Assembly: GCA_035267605.1 (NCBI GenBank)
Contig: DATFLO010000087.1
Span: forward strand, 1-56,810
Reading direction: 5' to 3'
DNA from: Gammaproteobacteria bacterium
GTDB lineage: Bacteria > Pseudomonadota > Gammaproteobacteria > Thiohalorhabdales > Thiohalorhabdaceae
DNA length: 56,810 nt
The position numbers were made by a program, and so were the translations under genes. Numbering within the stretch: the stretch's first letter is position 1; each line of letters starts with the position of its first letter. Of the stretch, positions 38,827-48,842 are shown piece after piece. Below the pieces are notes generated by a model. The model did not search any database, was not told the DNA's origin, and was given only the letters and a program-made list of their open reading frames with translations.

Positions 38827-39891
38827 TCAGTCGCTCCGCTCGATGGTTCCGTCTCGCACCCGGAAAGTGGCCGCCGGGGTGCCGGCCGCGGGGAGGGGGC
38901 ACAGGGCCTCCTCGGTACTGGTGACGAACACCTGCTCCCCGAACCGCTCGAGGAGGGCCATGGCCGCCGTCCGCCGTTGGGCGTCGAGCTCCGAGGCCAC
39001 GTCGTCGAACAGGAAAACCGGAGCCTCGCCGGTTTCCTCGGTGGCCAGGGCCAGCTGCGCCAGGCGCAGGGCCAGCACGACCACCTTCTGCTGGCCGCGG
39101 GAGGCCCGCTCCCGCGCCGGGGCGCCGTCCAGGGTGAGGACCAGATCGGCGCGGTGGGGACCGACCCGGGTGGTGTCCGCCTCCCGCGCCCGGTCCCGTT
39201 CCAGGGCCTCGCGCAGCTCGACGGCCTCCGGCCAGCCCCGTTCCAGACGCATGCCGAGCCCGCCGAAGCCGCCGAGCTCGCCGAACAGGGAGGCGGCCCA
39301 GCCCTCCAGGCGGGTCACGTAGCCGGCCCGGCGGGCGGCCATTTCCTCACCGCTGGCGGCCAGGTCGGCGGCCCAGGGGTCCGGACCCGAAGGCCGGGAC
39401 TTGAGCCACCGATTGCGCTGGTGGAGCGCCCGCTGGTAACGGCGCGCCAGCTCCAGATACGGGGGTTCCACGTGGAACAGTCCCCAGTCCAGAAACCGCC
39501 GCCTCTCGCGCGGACCCCCGTCGGCCAGGCGGTGGCCCTCCGGGGTGTAGTGGATGGTCTTCAGCACCCCGGCGAGGGCGGCGAAACCGGAGACGGTCTG
39601 GCCATCGAGGCGCAGCACGCGGCCCCCCCGGGTCAGGCGGGCACCGATGCGGTGGCCGGCGCCGCCGCTTACCTGCGCGAACAGGGTGGCCTCCTCGCTG
39701 CCCTCGCGGCGCATTCCGGCGGGGCCCACCTGACGGAAGGAGCGGCCGCTGGCGAGGTAGTGGATGGCCTCGAGGACGCTGGTCTTGCCGGCGCCGTTCG
39801 GACCAATCAACCGGTTGAGGCCCGCTTCCGGCTCCACACGGGCGCCTTCGATGTTGCGGAAGGCGCCGATCTGGAGCCGCTGGATGACCAC
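38827..39891 (-). CDS. recF: DNA replication/repair protein RecF
   Basis: GPNGAGKTSVLEAI, ERRRFLDW, GPHRADL, SRGQQK, DDVASELD. Confidence 0.95.
   Translation of the reverse strand: MVIQRLQIGAFRNIEGARVEPEAGLNRLIGPNGAGKTSVLEAIHYLASGRSFRQVGPAGMRREGSEEATLFAQVSGGAGHRIGARLTRGGRVLRLDGQTVSGFAALAGVLKTIHYTPEGHRLADGGPRERRRFLDWGLFHVEPPYLELARRYQRALHQRNRWLKSRPSGPDPWAADLAASGEEMAARRAGYVTRLEGWAASLFGELGGFGGLGMRLERGWPEAVELREALERDRAREADTTRVGPHRADLVLTLDGAPARERASRGQQKVVVLALRLAQLALATEETGEAPVFLFDDVASELDAQRRTAAMALLERFGEQVFVTSTEEALCPLPAAGTPAATFRVRDGTIERSD
39464..39479. other. parS site inside recF
   Basis: GGTTCCACGTGGAACA, perfect GTTCCACGTGGAAC core. Confidence 0.85.
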
Positions 39892-39942
39892 TGACCCTCC
39901 AATTCTAGCGCAGCGGGGACTGCGCCGCGCCCCGCACCGGTC

Positions 39943-41040
39943 CTAAAGCCGCATGGGCATGATGACATATTTGAGGGTGGCGTCCTCCGGGGGGACGATC
40001 AGGCAGCTGGACTGGGCGTCCCAGAGGTGGATGACCACCTGATCGGTGGGGACGGCGGCCACCGCCTGCTGGAGGTATTCCACATTGAAGCCGACCTCCA
40101 AGGGCTCGCCGTCGTAGCTCACCGGGACTTCCTCGGCGCCCTGCTCCTGGTCCGGGTTCTCGGCCGAGAGCTCCAGCTGGCCCTGGCTCAGGGCCATCCG
40201 GATGCCGTGGGTCTTGCGGTTGGAGAGGATGGCGACGCGGCGCAGCGCCTGCTGCAGGACCTTGCGGTCGGCGTTCAGGACGTGGCCGCCGGCCTCGGGG
40301 ATGACCCGGCGGTAGTCGGGAAAGCGCCCCTCGATGAGCTTGGAGGTGAAGGTCAGGCCGGGCAGACCGAAGCGAACATGGTTGTCGGTGAAGGCCACCG
40401 ACACCGGTTCCTCGGTGTCGTCGAGCATGCGCTCGAGCTCCTGGACGCCCTTGCGGGGCAGGATCACCCGGATCTCCTCCGGCGCCTCGGCCGCCTCGCG
40501 GTCCATGAGCGCCAGGCGGTGGCCGTCGGTGGCTACCGCCCGCAGGTTGGTGCCGGTCCATTCCAGCAGGATGCCGTTGAGGTAGTAGCGCACGTCGTCC
40601 CGCGCCATGGCGAAGGAGGTCCGTTCCAGAAGGGCCTTGAGGGCCCCCTGGGGCAGGTCCACCTGATTCTGCTCGGCGCCCAGCTCCAGCCGGGGGAAAT
40701 CCCCGGCCGGCAGGCCGGCCAGGTTGAAGCGCCCGCGCCCGGCCACCACCTGCACCCGCTCGCCCTCGCTGGCCACCTCCACCGTGGTCTCGTCGGGCAG
40801 GGAGCGCACGATGTCCAGGAGCTTGCGGGCGGGGACGGTGGCCGTTCCGGACTCCTCCACCTCGGCCGGGCAGGCCGCCTGCAGCTCCACCTCGAGGTCG
40901 GTGCCGGTCAGGCGCAGCCCCTGCTCGCCGGCGTCGAGGTGGAGATGGCCCAGGATGGGCAGGGTCTGGCGGCTCTCCACCACCGACGCCGCCGGGCTGA
41001 GGGCGCTCAACAGGTCTTCCTTGCTGGATCGAAAACGCAC
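39943..41040 (-). CDS. dnaN: DNA polymerase III beta clamp
   Basis: TDLEVE, RYYLNG, VATDGHRLA, FPDYRRVIP, IMPMRL; 365 aa. Confidence 0.97.
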   Translation of the reverse strand: MRFRSSKEDLLSALSPAASVVESRQTLPILGHLHLDAGEQGLRLTGTDLEVELQAACPAEVEESGTATVPARKLLDIVRSLPDETTVEVASEGERVQVVAGRGRFNLAGLPAGDFPRLELGAEQNQVDLPQGALKALLERTSFAMARDDVRYYLNGILLEWTGTNLRAVATDGHRLALMDREAAEAPEEIRVILPRKGVQELERMLDDTEEPVSVAFTDNHVRFGLPGLTFTSKLIEGRFPDYRRVIPEAGGHVLNADRKVLQQALRRVAILSNRKTHGIRMALSQGQLELSAENPDQEQGAEEVPVSYDGEPLEVGFNVEYLQQAVAAVPTDQVVIHLWDAQSSCLIVPPEDATLKYVIMPMRL

Positions 41041-41066
41041 GGCGTCTCCCTTCGCTCCCCGCGGGC

Positions 41067-42410
41067 CTAGCCGGTCAGGACCCGCTTGAGGTTGTTGAGG
41101 TCATCGCGAAGGCGCGGATCCTCCCGCCCGCGCTCCTCGATCTTGCGGCAGCCGTAGAGGACGGTGGTGTGGTCGCGGCCGCCGAAGGCCTCGCCGATCT
41201 CCGGCAGACTGTGGTCGGTGAGCTGCTTGGCCAGGCTCATGGCCACCTGCCGCGGCACCGCGATGGCCCTGGAGCGCTTCTTGGAGCGCATGTCCGAAAC
41301 CCGGATGTTGAAGTAGTTGGCCACCGTCTTCTGGATGTTCTCGATGGTGATCAGCCGGGTCTGCATCTCCAGCAGGTCGGCCAGGGCCTCCTTGGCCAGG
41401 TCCATGTCCACCGGCCGGCCCAGGAAGCGGGCATGGGCGACCACCCGATTGAAGGCGCCCTCCAGGTCGCGGACGTTGGACTGGATGCGCTCGGAGATGA
41501 AGAAGGCCACCTCCTCCGGCAGCTCCACCCCGGAGGTTGCCGCCTTGCGCATCAGGATCGCCATGCGCGTCTCCAGCTCCGGCGGCTCGATGGCCACCGT
41601 GAGCCCCCAGCCGAAACGCGAGCGCAGGCGCTCCTCCAGGCCCTCCACCTCCTTCGGGTAGCGGTCGCAGGAGATGCCGATCTGGCTGTTCAGGTCCATC
41701 AGGGTGTTGAAGGTGTGGAACAGCTCCTCCTGGGTCCGGTCCTTGCCGGCGAAGAACTGGATGTCGTCGATCAGGAGCACGTCCAGGCTGCGGTAGCGCT
41801 GGTTGAACTCCTCGATGGCGTTGTGCTGGATGGAGCGCACCATCTCGTTCACGAACCGGTGGGCAGTGATGTAGCGGACCTTGGCCTCCGGCTCGCGCTG
41901 GCGCACCAGGTTGCCGATGGCCTGCATCAGGTGGGTCTTGCCCAGGCCGGTGCCGCCGTAGATGTAGAGGGGGTTGTAGGCGCCGCCGGGGTTCTCGGCG
42001 ACCTGCCGGGAGGCGGCCAGGGCCAGCTGATTGGACTTGCCTTCGACGAAGGTCTCGAAGGTGAACTGGGCGTCCAGCATGTCGCGCGGCCGGGCGGCGC
42101 GCGGACTCTCCGCCCGTTCCGGGGCGGCGGCCGGCTGCCGCGGCGCGGTCTCGGGCTCCGGCTCGGGGGCCTCGGCCACCTCCAGGTCAACCGCCATTCG
42201 GCCCTCGCTGAAGTGCTCGACGAGCTCGGCGATGCGGGCCAGGAAGCGCTCCCGGATCCAGTCGTAGAAGAAGCGGTTGGAAACCCGCAGGGTGAGGGCC
42301 TCGCTGGCCTCCTCCGCCTGGATGGGCCGGATCCAGGTGTTGAACTGCTGGGAGGAGAGCTCCTCGCTCAGCCGCTCCAGACACAGTTTCCAAACCGCCG
42401 ATTCCGCCAA
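41067..42410 (-). CDS. dnaA: Chromosomal replication initiator DnaA
   Basis: FNTWIRP, YNPLYIYGGTGLGKTHL, LIDDIQF, RLRSRF, GGRDHTTV; probable TTG start at 42410. Confidence 0.97.
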   Translation of the reverse strand: MAESAVWKLCLERLSEELSSQQFNTWIRPIQAEEASEALTLRVSNRFFYDWIRERFLARIAELVEHFSEGRMAVDLEVAEAPEPEPETAPRQPAAAPERAESPRAARPRDMLDAQFTFETFVEGKSNQLALAASRQVAENPGGAYNPLYIYGGTGLGKTHLMQAIGNLVRQREPEAKVRYITAHRFVNEMVRSIQHNAIEEFNQRYRSLDVLLIDDIQFFAGKDRTQEELFHTFNTLMDLNSQIGISCDRYPKEVEGLEERLRSRFGWGLTVAIEPPELETRMAILMRKAATSGVELPEEVAFFISERIQSNVRDLEGAFNRVVAHARFLGRPVDMDLAKEALADLLEMQTRLITIENIQKTVANYFNIRVSDMRSKKRSRAIAVPRQVAMSLAKQLTDHSLPEIGEAFGGRDHTTVLYGCRKIEERGREDPRLRDDLNNLKRVLTG

Positions 42411-42549
42411 CCGCGGGCCCCCGAAGCGCGCACCAAGGAACAGATCCAATTGCCAGGGGAGGGATTCTAACCCAAAAGCGGTCGGGTCGGTCGAGCCGAA
42501 TTTTCCCCCCGGCCGGGTCCCCTGTCCCCAGCCCGGACGGCAAAAGCCG

Positions 42550-42790
42550 GGAAAACCTGTGGACAGAGCGCCGGTTTCTCCACAGGGGTTTAGGGGGTCC
42601 CCGCTTTTCTCCCCAATGTTCCACCGCTCGCCCCCCAGGCCCCTACGCCGGTTCCCCACAGCCCGCACGCCCCTTTTTTGTCCGCCTTCTCAGCGCTCAA
42701 GGGAATCCGTCCCCAGGCCGGGGGGCTCCCCAATAAGTAACAACAAGTCTTTTAAAAAAGAAAAACCCTTACTACAGCTCTAAACCCCGA
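42550..42790. other. Probable oriC
   Basis: dnaA-rpmH intergenic region; DnaA-box-like CTGTCCACA (42558-42566, minus), TTCTCCACA (42576-42584), TTCCCCACA (42652-42660); AT-rich tract 42732-42784; flanking operons diverge; parS sites on both sides. Confidence 0.7.
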
Positions 42791-42813
42791 AGGACGCCCC
42801 CCTGCCTCTTCAA

Positions 42814-42843
42814 TTGACAGCCAGGCCCGCAAGGAAGTATGTT
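42814..42843 (+). promoter_or_regulatory. Sigma70-type promoter of rpmH
   Basis: TTGACA-N18-TATGTT. Confidence 0.6.
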
Positions 42844-42908
42844 TACGCGTTTTTCTGGGATTGCCTTTTTCAGGGCACGACGCCCCCATCCAGAGCAGAG
42901 GCCGCAGC

Positions 42909-43043
42909 ATGAAACGCACCTACCAGCCCAGCCGCATCCGCCGCAAGCGGCGCCACGGCTTCCGCGCCCGCATGGCCACCAAGGCCGGCCGCCGCGTGAT
43001 CAAGAACCGCCGCGCCAAGGGCCGCAAGCGCCTGTCGGCCTGA
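42909..43043 (+). CDS. rpmH: 50S ribosomal protein L34
   Basis: [19 protein letters not shown]; 44 aa. Confidence 0.98.
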   Translation: MKRTYQPSRIRRKRRHGFRARMATKAGRRVIKNRRAKGRKRLSA

Positions 43044-43048
43044 CGCCC

Positions 43049-43405
43049 GTGCCGGGGACTGAGTCGGCTTCCCGGGGCTTTCCTCAAGCCCAGCGGCTCA
43101 AGCGCCCCGAGGAGTTTCGGCGGGTCTTCGACCAGGGCAGCAAGGCCGTCGGCCGTTTCTTCGTGGTCTTCGCCCGTCCCGTGGACGGCGGTCCTGCCCG
43201 CCTGGGAGTGGCGGTAAGCCGCAAGGTGGGTAACGCCGTCCGCCGCAACCGCATCAAGCGCGTGATCCGGGAGGAGTTCCGCCAGGCCTGCGGCCTTGGT
43301 CGCCGCGAGCTGGTGGTGGTTGCCCGCACCTCCGCCGCAAACGCCGGCCGGGATGAGCTTGTCCGCGACCTGCGTTCCCTCTGGAAGCGGGTTTCCCATG
43401 CTTGA
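43049..43405 (+). CDS. rnpA: Ribonuclease P protein component
   Basis: [29 protein letters not shown]; GTG start inferred. Confidence 0.93.
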   Translation: MPGTESASRGFPQAQRLKRPEEFRRVFDQGSKAVGRFFVVFARPVDGGPARLGVAVSRKVGNAVRRNRIKRVIREEFRQACGLGRRELVVVARTSAANAGRDELVRDLRSLWKRVSHA

Positions 43406-43610
43406 ACGACCGGTCATCCTCCTGGTGCGAGCCTACTCCTGGCTCGTCAGCCCCTGGCTCGGCCGCAACTGCCGGTTCGAGCCCACCTGCAGCCGCTACG
43501 CCGTGACCGCCCTGGAGCGCCATGGGCTGTTGCGGGGCGGGTGGCTGGCGCTGCGCCGGATCCTTCGCTGCCATCCCTTGCACCCCGGGGGCCACGACCC
43601 GGTTCCCTGA
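43398..43610 (+). CDS. yidD: Membrane protein insertion efficiency factor
   Basis: [24 protein letters not shown]. Confidence 0.93.
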   Translation: MLERPVILLVRAYSWLVSPWLGRNCRFEPTCSRYAVTALERHGLLRGGWLALRRILRCHPLHPGGHDPVP

Positions 43611-43649
43611 AGCCGTTCCGGTCCCCAACATCAGCGGCACACGAGGCCC

Positions 43650-45392
43650 ATGGATACCAAACGCTTCCTGCTCGCAATCGGCCTGACCCTGCTGGTCCTC
43701 TGGCTGTATCAGGCCTGGCTGGAATACCAGTACCCGGGCTACTCCCAGGGTGACCAGGTGGCCGAACAGCAGGCCGGACAGCAGGCTGGGTCCGGGGCCG
43801 ACGGCACCAGCGCCAAGGCCCCCGCGCCGGCGCCCTCCAGCGGAGGCGGGGGGACGCCGGCGGCCGGCACTTCCGGGCAGGCGGGCGTCCCGGAGGTTAA
43901 CCGCCCCGCCCCTGCGGAAAGCGATGGCCAGGCTACCCCTGAGCCGCAAGGAGAGGGCAAGGCCGCGGTCGACGAGCGGGGCCTGACGGTAACCACGGAC
44001 GTCCTGCGGGTGGCGTTCGGCGCCCGCAGCGGGGATCCGCTCGAGGCACGCCTCCTGCGCTACCGCAAGAAGGACCGCGCCGACAGCGCCCCGGTCGCCG
44101 TTCTCCAGCCCGGCGAGCGGCGGCTGGTGGTGGCCCAGAGCGGCTGGCTGGCCCAGGGCCTGCCTTCCCCCTCTCACCAGGCCCGGTTCCGGACCGATGC
44201 CCAGGGGCCCCTGACCCTGAACCGGGGCCAGGACCGGATAAGCGTGACCTACACCCACCGGGCCGACGGGCTGGAGTTCCGCAAGACCTACCACTTCCGC
44301 CGGGGGTCCTACGAGGTTCGCGTCGACTACACGGTGGTCAACCACGGTGACCGTCCCTGGCAGGGCCACCTCTACGGCCAGCTGAAGGAGCGTGGCTCCA
44401 AGTCCGGCGGCAACTTCGTGCTGTCCCGTTTCAGCTACGACGGCCCGGTGGTGTTCACCGGCGACAGCATGCAGACCCTGGCCCATGACGACCTCAAGGA
44501 AGAGGGCGCCGAGGGCTTCCAGAAGGCCGATGCCAAGGGCTGGGGCGGGATCATGTCCCGCTACTTCATGGCGGCCTGGGTGCCGGATGCCGAGCAGGGC
44601 AACACCATCTTTGCCCGCGCCGCCGGGCCCAGCAGCTTCGCCGGCTTCTACAGCCCCTTCCCCGCAGTCGCCCCGGGTCAGCAGGCCAGCGTCACCCAGA
44701 CCCTGTTCCTGGGCCCCAAGGACCAGGCGGTCCTCGACGGCGCCGGCCGCCACCTGCGCCGGGCGGTGGATTACGGCATCCTGTCCTTCCTGGCCATCCC
44801 GCTGTTCGAGGTGCTGCAGTTCTTCCACAGCGTGGTCGGCAACTACGGCTTCGCCATCATCCTGGTGACCCTCACCATCAAGCTGATCTTCTTCCCGCTG
44901 TTCTCCATCAGCTACCGGGCCATGGCCAAGATGCGCAAGGTCCAGCCCGAGCTGAAGCGGCTGCGCGAACAGTTCGGCGATGACCGTCAGAAGCTCAATG
45001 AGGAGATGATGCGGCTGTACCGCGAGGAGAAGGTCAACCCCCTCGGCGGCTGCCTGCCCATCGTGGTGCAGATCCCGGTGTTCATCTCCCTGTATTGGGT
45101 CTTGCTGGAGAGCGTCGAGCTGCGCCACGAGCCCTTCCTGCTGTGGATCACCGACCTCACCAGCCAGGACCCGTTCTATGTGCTGCCCATCCTCATGGGC
45201 GCCTCCATGGTGGTCCAGCAGCTGATGAACCCGGCTCCCATGGATCCTATCCAGAAGAAGGTGATGATGGGTCTGCCGGTGGTGTTCACGCTGTTCTTCA
45301 TGCAGTTCCCAGCCGGCCTGGTGCTCTACTGGGTGTCCAATAACCTCTTCTCCATCGGCCAGCAGTGGTGGATCATGCGGAAGGTCGGCTGA
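43650..45392 (+). CDS. yidC: Membrane protein insertase
   Basis: N-terminal TM, periplasmic domain, VDYG, NPLGGCLP, QIPVF, PAGLVLYW. Confidence 0.96.
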   Translation: MDTKRFLLAIGLTLLVLWLYQAWLEYQYPGYSQGDQVAEQQAGQQAGSGADGTSAKAPAPAPSSGGGGTPAAGTSGQAGVPEVNRPAPAESDGQATPEPQGEGKAAVDERGLTVTTDVLRVAFGARSGDPLEARLLRYRKKDRADSAPVAVLQPGERRLVVAQSGWLAQGLPSPSHQARFRTDAQGPLTLNRGQDRISVTYTHRADGLEFRKTYHFRRGSYEVRVDYTVVNHGDRPWQGHLYGQLKERGSKSGGNFVLSRFSYDGPVVFTGDSMQTLAHDDLKEEGAEGFQKADAKGWGGIMSRYFMAAWVPDAEQGNTIFARAAGPSSFAGFYSPFPAVAPGQQASVTQTLFLGPKDQAVLDGAGRHLRRAVDYGILSFLAIPLFEVLQFFHSVVGNYGFAIILVTLTIKLIFFPLFSISYRAMAKMRKVQPELKRLREQFGDDRQKLNEEMMRLYREEKVNPLGGCLPIVVQIPVFISLYWVLLESVELRHEPFLLWITDLTSQDPFYVLPILMGASMVVQQLMNPAPMDPIQKKVMMGLPVVFTLFFMQFPAGLVLYWVSNNLFSIGQQWWIMRKVG

Positions 45393-46708
45393 AGCGGCGA
45401 ACCATCGCCGCCATCGCCACCCCGCCCGGACGGGGCGGGGTGGGGGTGGTGCGGGTTTCCGGAACCGACGCCGCCGCCGTGGCCGCCGCCGTTTGCGGCC
45501 GCTCCGCCTTCACCCCCCGGCACTGTCATTTGGCGATCTTCCGCGATAGCTCCGGGGCGGAGGTGGATCAGGGCCTGGTGGTCCACTTTCCCGCCCCCCA
45601 TTCCTATACCGGCGAGGACGTGATCGAGCTCCAGGGTCACGGTGGCCCGGGGGTCATGCGCGAGCTCCTGCGGGTGGTGCTGGAAGCCGGAGCCGCGGCC
45701 GCCGGACCCGGGGAGTTCACCCAGCGGGCCTTTCTCAACGGCCGCATGGACCTGTCCCAGGCCGAGGCGGTCGCGGCCCTCATCGAGGCCGAGCACGTTA
45801 CCGCCGCCCGTGCCGCCCTGCGCTCCCTGGAAGGCGAGCTGGGACGGCTGGTGGGGGAGCTGGCCGAATCCCTCACCGAGCTGCGCGTGTTTATCGAGGG
45901 CTCGCTGGACTTTCCCGACGAGGACATCGACTGGCTGGCCGAGGCCGGGATCCAGGAGCAGGTGGACGGGCTGCTCGGCCGGCTGGCGGAGATCCGCCGG
46001 CGGGCCGGCACCGGCGTGCGCCTCGAGCGCGGCTTCCGGGTGGTCCTGGCGGGGCGGCCCAACGCCGGAAAGTCGAGCCTGCTGAACGCCCTCTCGGGCC
46101 GGGAAAGCGCCATCGTCACCGAGCGTGCCGGGACCACCCGGGACGTTTTGCGGGAATCGGTGGAGGTCGGGGGCTACCCGGTGGAGCTGGTGGATACCGC
46201 TGGCCTGCGGCAAACCGAGGATGTGGTGGAGAGGGAAGGGGTCCGGCGGGCGCGGGACCTGGTGGCCGCCGCCGATCTCGTGGTGTTCCTGGCCGACGCC
46301 GGCGAGGGCTGGTCCGAGGCGGACCGTACGGAATGGCAGCGGCTGCCCGAGGGAACCCGGATTCGGGTCTGGTCCAAGGCGGATCTTGGCGCGGTACCGG
46401 CCGGGGAGACCGCCATTTCCACCATCACGGAACCGGGCGTGGAGCCCCTGATCGAAGTCCTACGGGAACGGCTGGCCGGGGACGACGCCGGCGACGCCCT
46501 GGGTGCCCGTCAACGGCACCTGGAGGTCCTCGATCGGGTGCGGGGCCACCTGGAAACCGCGCGGGCCACGCTCGCCGAGCATGGCAGCGGCGACCTGGCT
46601 GGCCAGGACCTTCGCTGGGCCCAGGAGGCCCTGGGGGAGATCACCGGGCGCATGCATTCCGATGACCTCCTGGGGCGGATCTTTTCCACTTTCTGCATCG
46701 GCAAGTGA
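45365..46708 (+). CDS. mnmE: tRNA modification GTPase
   Basis: [40 protein letters not shown]. Start uncertain (GTG 45365/45368 or CTG 45389). Confidence 0.95.
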   Translation: MVDHAEGRLKRRTIAAIATPPGRGGVGVVRVSGTDAAAVAAAVCGRSAFTPRHCHLAIFRDSSGAEVDQGLVVHFPAPHSYTGEDVIELQGHGGPGVMRELLRVVLEAGAAAAGPGEFTQRAFLNGRMDLSQAEAVAALIEAEHVTAARAALRSLEGELGRLVGELAESLTELRVFIEGSLDFPDEDIDWLAEAGIQEQVDGLLGRLAEIRRRAGTGVRLERGFRVVLAGRPNAGKSSLLNALSGRESAIVTERAGTTRDVLRESVEVGGYPVELVDTAGLRQTEDVVEREGVRRARDLVAAADLVVFLADAGEGWSEADRTEWQRLPEGTRIRVWSKADLGAVPAGETAISTITEPGVEPLIEVLRERLAGDDAGDALGARQRHLEVLDRVRGHLETARATLAEHGSGDLAGQDLRWAQEALGEITGRMHSDDLLGRIFSTFCIGK

Positions 46709-46721
46709 ACCGGGAGCGGCC

Positions 46722-48593
46722 ATGAATCCGCAGCCCTTTGACGTTCTCGTTGTCGGCGGCGGCCACGCCGGGGTGGAGGCGGCCGCCGCCGCCGCCCGCA
46801 TGGGGGCGCGCACCCTGCTGGTTACCCACAACCTCGACACCATCGGCCAGATGTCCTGCAATCCCGCCATCGGCGGGCTGGGCAAGTCCCAGCTGGTACG
46901 CGAGGTGGATGCCATGGACGGGGTCATGGCCCGCGCCGCCGACCGGGCCGCCATCCAGGTGCGCGTCCTCAACCGCCGCAAGGGACCGGCGGTACGGGCC
47001 ACCCGGGCCCAGACCGACCGCCTGGAGTATCGGCGGGCCGTGCAGGCCGCCGTATTCGCCCAGCCGGGCCTGGAGCTGCTGCAGGCCAGTGTGGAGCGCA
47101 TCCGCATCCAGGGGGACCGGGCCCGGGGTGTGGTCCTGGCCGGCGGCGAGACCATCGATGCCGAGAGCGTGGTGCTGACGACCGGCACCTTCCTTGCCGG
47201 CCGGGTGCACATGGGCGAGGACCGCCACGACGCCGGCCGGGCCGGCGAGGCCCCCTCCCTCGGTCTGGCCGAGTGGCTGCGCGCCCAGGGGTTCCACGTG
47301 GAACGTCTGAAGACGGGGACCCCGCCGCGTCTCGACGGCCGATCCATCGACTGGGACCGCCTGCAGGCGCAGCCCGGGGAGGAGCCCCTGCCGGCTTTGT
47401 CGTCGCTGCCCCCGGAACGGCGCCTGCCCCAGGTGCCCTGCTTCCTGACCGGGACCGTTCCGGCGGGGCATGAGATCGTGCGCTCCGCCCTGGACCGCTC
47501 CCCCATGTACTCGGGAGCCATCGAGAGCAGCGGTCCCCGCTACTGCCCGTCCATCGAGGACAAGGTGGTGCGCTTCGCCGACCGCGACCACCACACCGTA
47601 TTCCTGGAGCCGGAAGGCCTCCATACCCCGGAGGTCTATCCCAACGGCATCTCCACCAGCCTGCCGCGGGCCGTGCAGGAGGAGCTGGTGGCCACCATCC
47701 CCGGCCTGGAGCAGGCCCGCATCACCCGTTACGGCTACGCCATCGAGTACGACTTCCTCGATCCGCGCCAGCTGCATCCCAGCCTTGCCCTGAAGGAGTG
47801 TGGCGGGCTGTACCTGGCCGGCCAGATCAACGGCACCACCGGCTACGAGGAGGCGGCGGCCCAGGGTCTGCTGGCCGGTGTCAACGCGGCCCTGGCGGTG
47901 GCGGGGCGGGGGGAATGGTTCCCCCGGCGGGACGAGGCTTACCTCGGGGTGCTGGTGGACGATCTGGTCACCCGGGGCGTGGACGAGCCGTACCGCATGT
48001 TCACCTCGCGGGCCGAGCACCGCCTGGTCCTGCGGGAAGACAATGCCGAGAGCCGCCTCACCCCCTTGGGGCGGGAGCTGGGCCTGGTGGGCGGGGAACG
48101 CTGGACCCGCTTCCGGGAGCGGGAGGAGGCCGTGGCGGCCCTGATCGGTTACCTCGACAACCACTGGATCGATCCGCAGCAGGTGGAGGCCGGCTTCGCC
48201 GAGGAGGTGCTGGGGACGCCGCTGTCCAAGCCCAGCCGCCTGTCGGATCTGCTGCGCCGGCCCCGGGTGGGGCTGGCTGATGTGGCGCGGCTATGGCCGC
48301 CGCTGGAAGCCGACGGCTACGAGCCCGCGGTGCGGGAGCGGGCCGAGATCGAGGTGAAGTATGCCGGCTACATCGAGCGCGACCGCGACGAGAACAATCG
48401 GCTGAATGCCGAGCTCCAGCGTGCCATTCCCGAGGGCATCGACTACCGCCAGGTGGGGGGCCTTTCCAATGAGGTGGTCCAGCGCCTGGAGGCGGCCCGA
48501 CCGCGGACCCTGGACCAGGCCAGCCGCATCCAGGGGATGACGCCGGCGGCCCTGAACCTGTTGCTGGTTCACAGCAAGCGTCTGGCCGGCTAG
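46722..48593 (+). CDS. mnmG: tRNA uridine-34 modification enzyme GidA
   Basis: [56 protein letters not shown]. Confidence 0.97.
   Translation: MNPQPFDVLVVGGGHAGVEAAAAAARMGARTLLVTHNLDTIGQMSCNPAIGGLGKSQLVREVDAMDGVMARAADRAAIQVRVLNRRKGPAVRATRAQTDRLEYRRAVQAAVFAQPGLELLQASVERIRIQGDRARGVVLAGGETIDAESVVLTTGTFLAGRVHMGEDRHDAGRAGEAPSLGLAEWLRAQGFHVERLKTGTPPRLDGRSIDWDRLQAQPGEEPLPALSSLPPERRLPQVPCFLTGTVPAGHEIVRSALDRSPMYSGAIESSGPRYCPSIEDKVVRFADRDHHTVFLEPEGLHTPEVYPNGISTSLPRAVQEELVATIPGLEQARITRYGYAIEYDFLDPRQLHPSLALKECGGLYLAGQINGTTGYEEAAAQGLLAGVNAALAVAGRGEWFPRRDEAYLGVLVDDLVTRGVDEPYRMFTSRAEHRLVLREDNAESRLTPLGRELGLVGGERWTRFREREEAVAALIGYLDNHWIDPQQVEAGFAEEVLGTPLSKPSRLSDLLRRPRVGLADVARLWPPLEADGYEPAVRERAEIEVKYAGYIERDRDENNRLNAELQRAIPEGIDYRQVGGLSNEVVQRLEAARPRTLDQASRIQGMTPAALNLLLVHSKRLAG
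47290..47305. other. parS site inside mnmG
   Basis: GGTTCCACGTGGAACG. Confidence 0.82.
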
Positions 48594-48731
48594 AGGCCGC
48601 CCCTTTCCGTCACGTGGCAACCCGACGGCGGCAATTTTTCCGCCCGGCGGCCCCCGCCGCCCCAAGGCTTTCCTTCCCGGAATTCAGATACTTGCCAGAA
48701 TAGTCCCGGCGCGACGGGGCCTGGCAGAGGC

Positions 48732-48761
48732 TTGGCGCCGGGCGCGATGGGGGGGTATGCT
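48732..48761 (+). promoter_or_regulatory. Possible sigma70 promoter of parAB
   Basis: TTGGCG-N18-TATGCT. Confidence 0.4.
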
Positions 48762-48782
48762 ACCCAGGATTTCGGCGCCCAT

Positions 48783-48798
48783 CGTTCCACGTGGAACC
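48783..48798. other. parS site upstream of parA
   Basis: CGTTCCACGTGGAACC, ending 44 bp before the parA ATG. Confidence 0.88.
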
Positions 48799-48842
48799 CG
48801 TCGCGCGCCGACCCCGGCGGCTGCCACTTCCAAGGAGTGCAA

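Noticed and set aside
42411-42668. N-terminal extension of DnaA (likewise extensions of the DMT, DUF4390, MotA-like, LysM, MnmG, ParA and ParB ORFs)
   Set aside because: Family similarity and RBS or stop-start coupling point to downstream starts; the DnaA extension runs through oriC.
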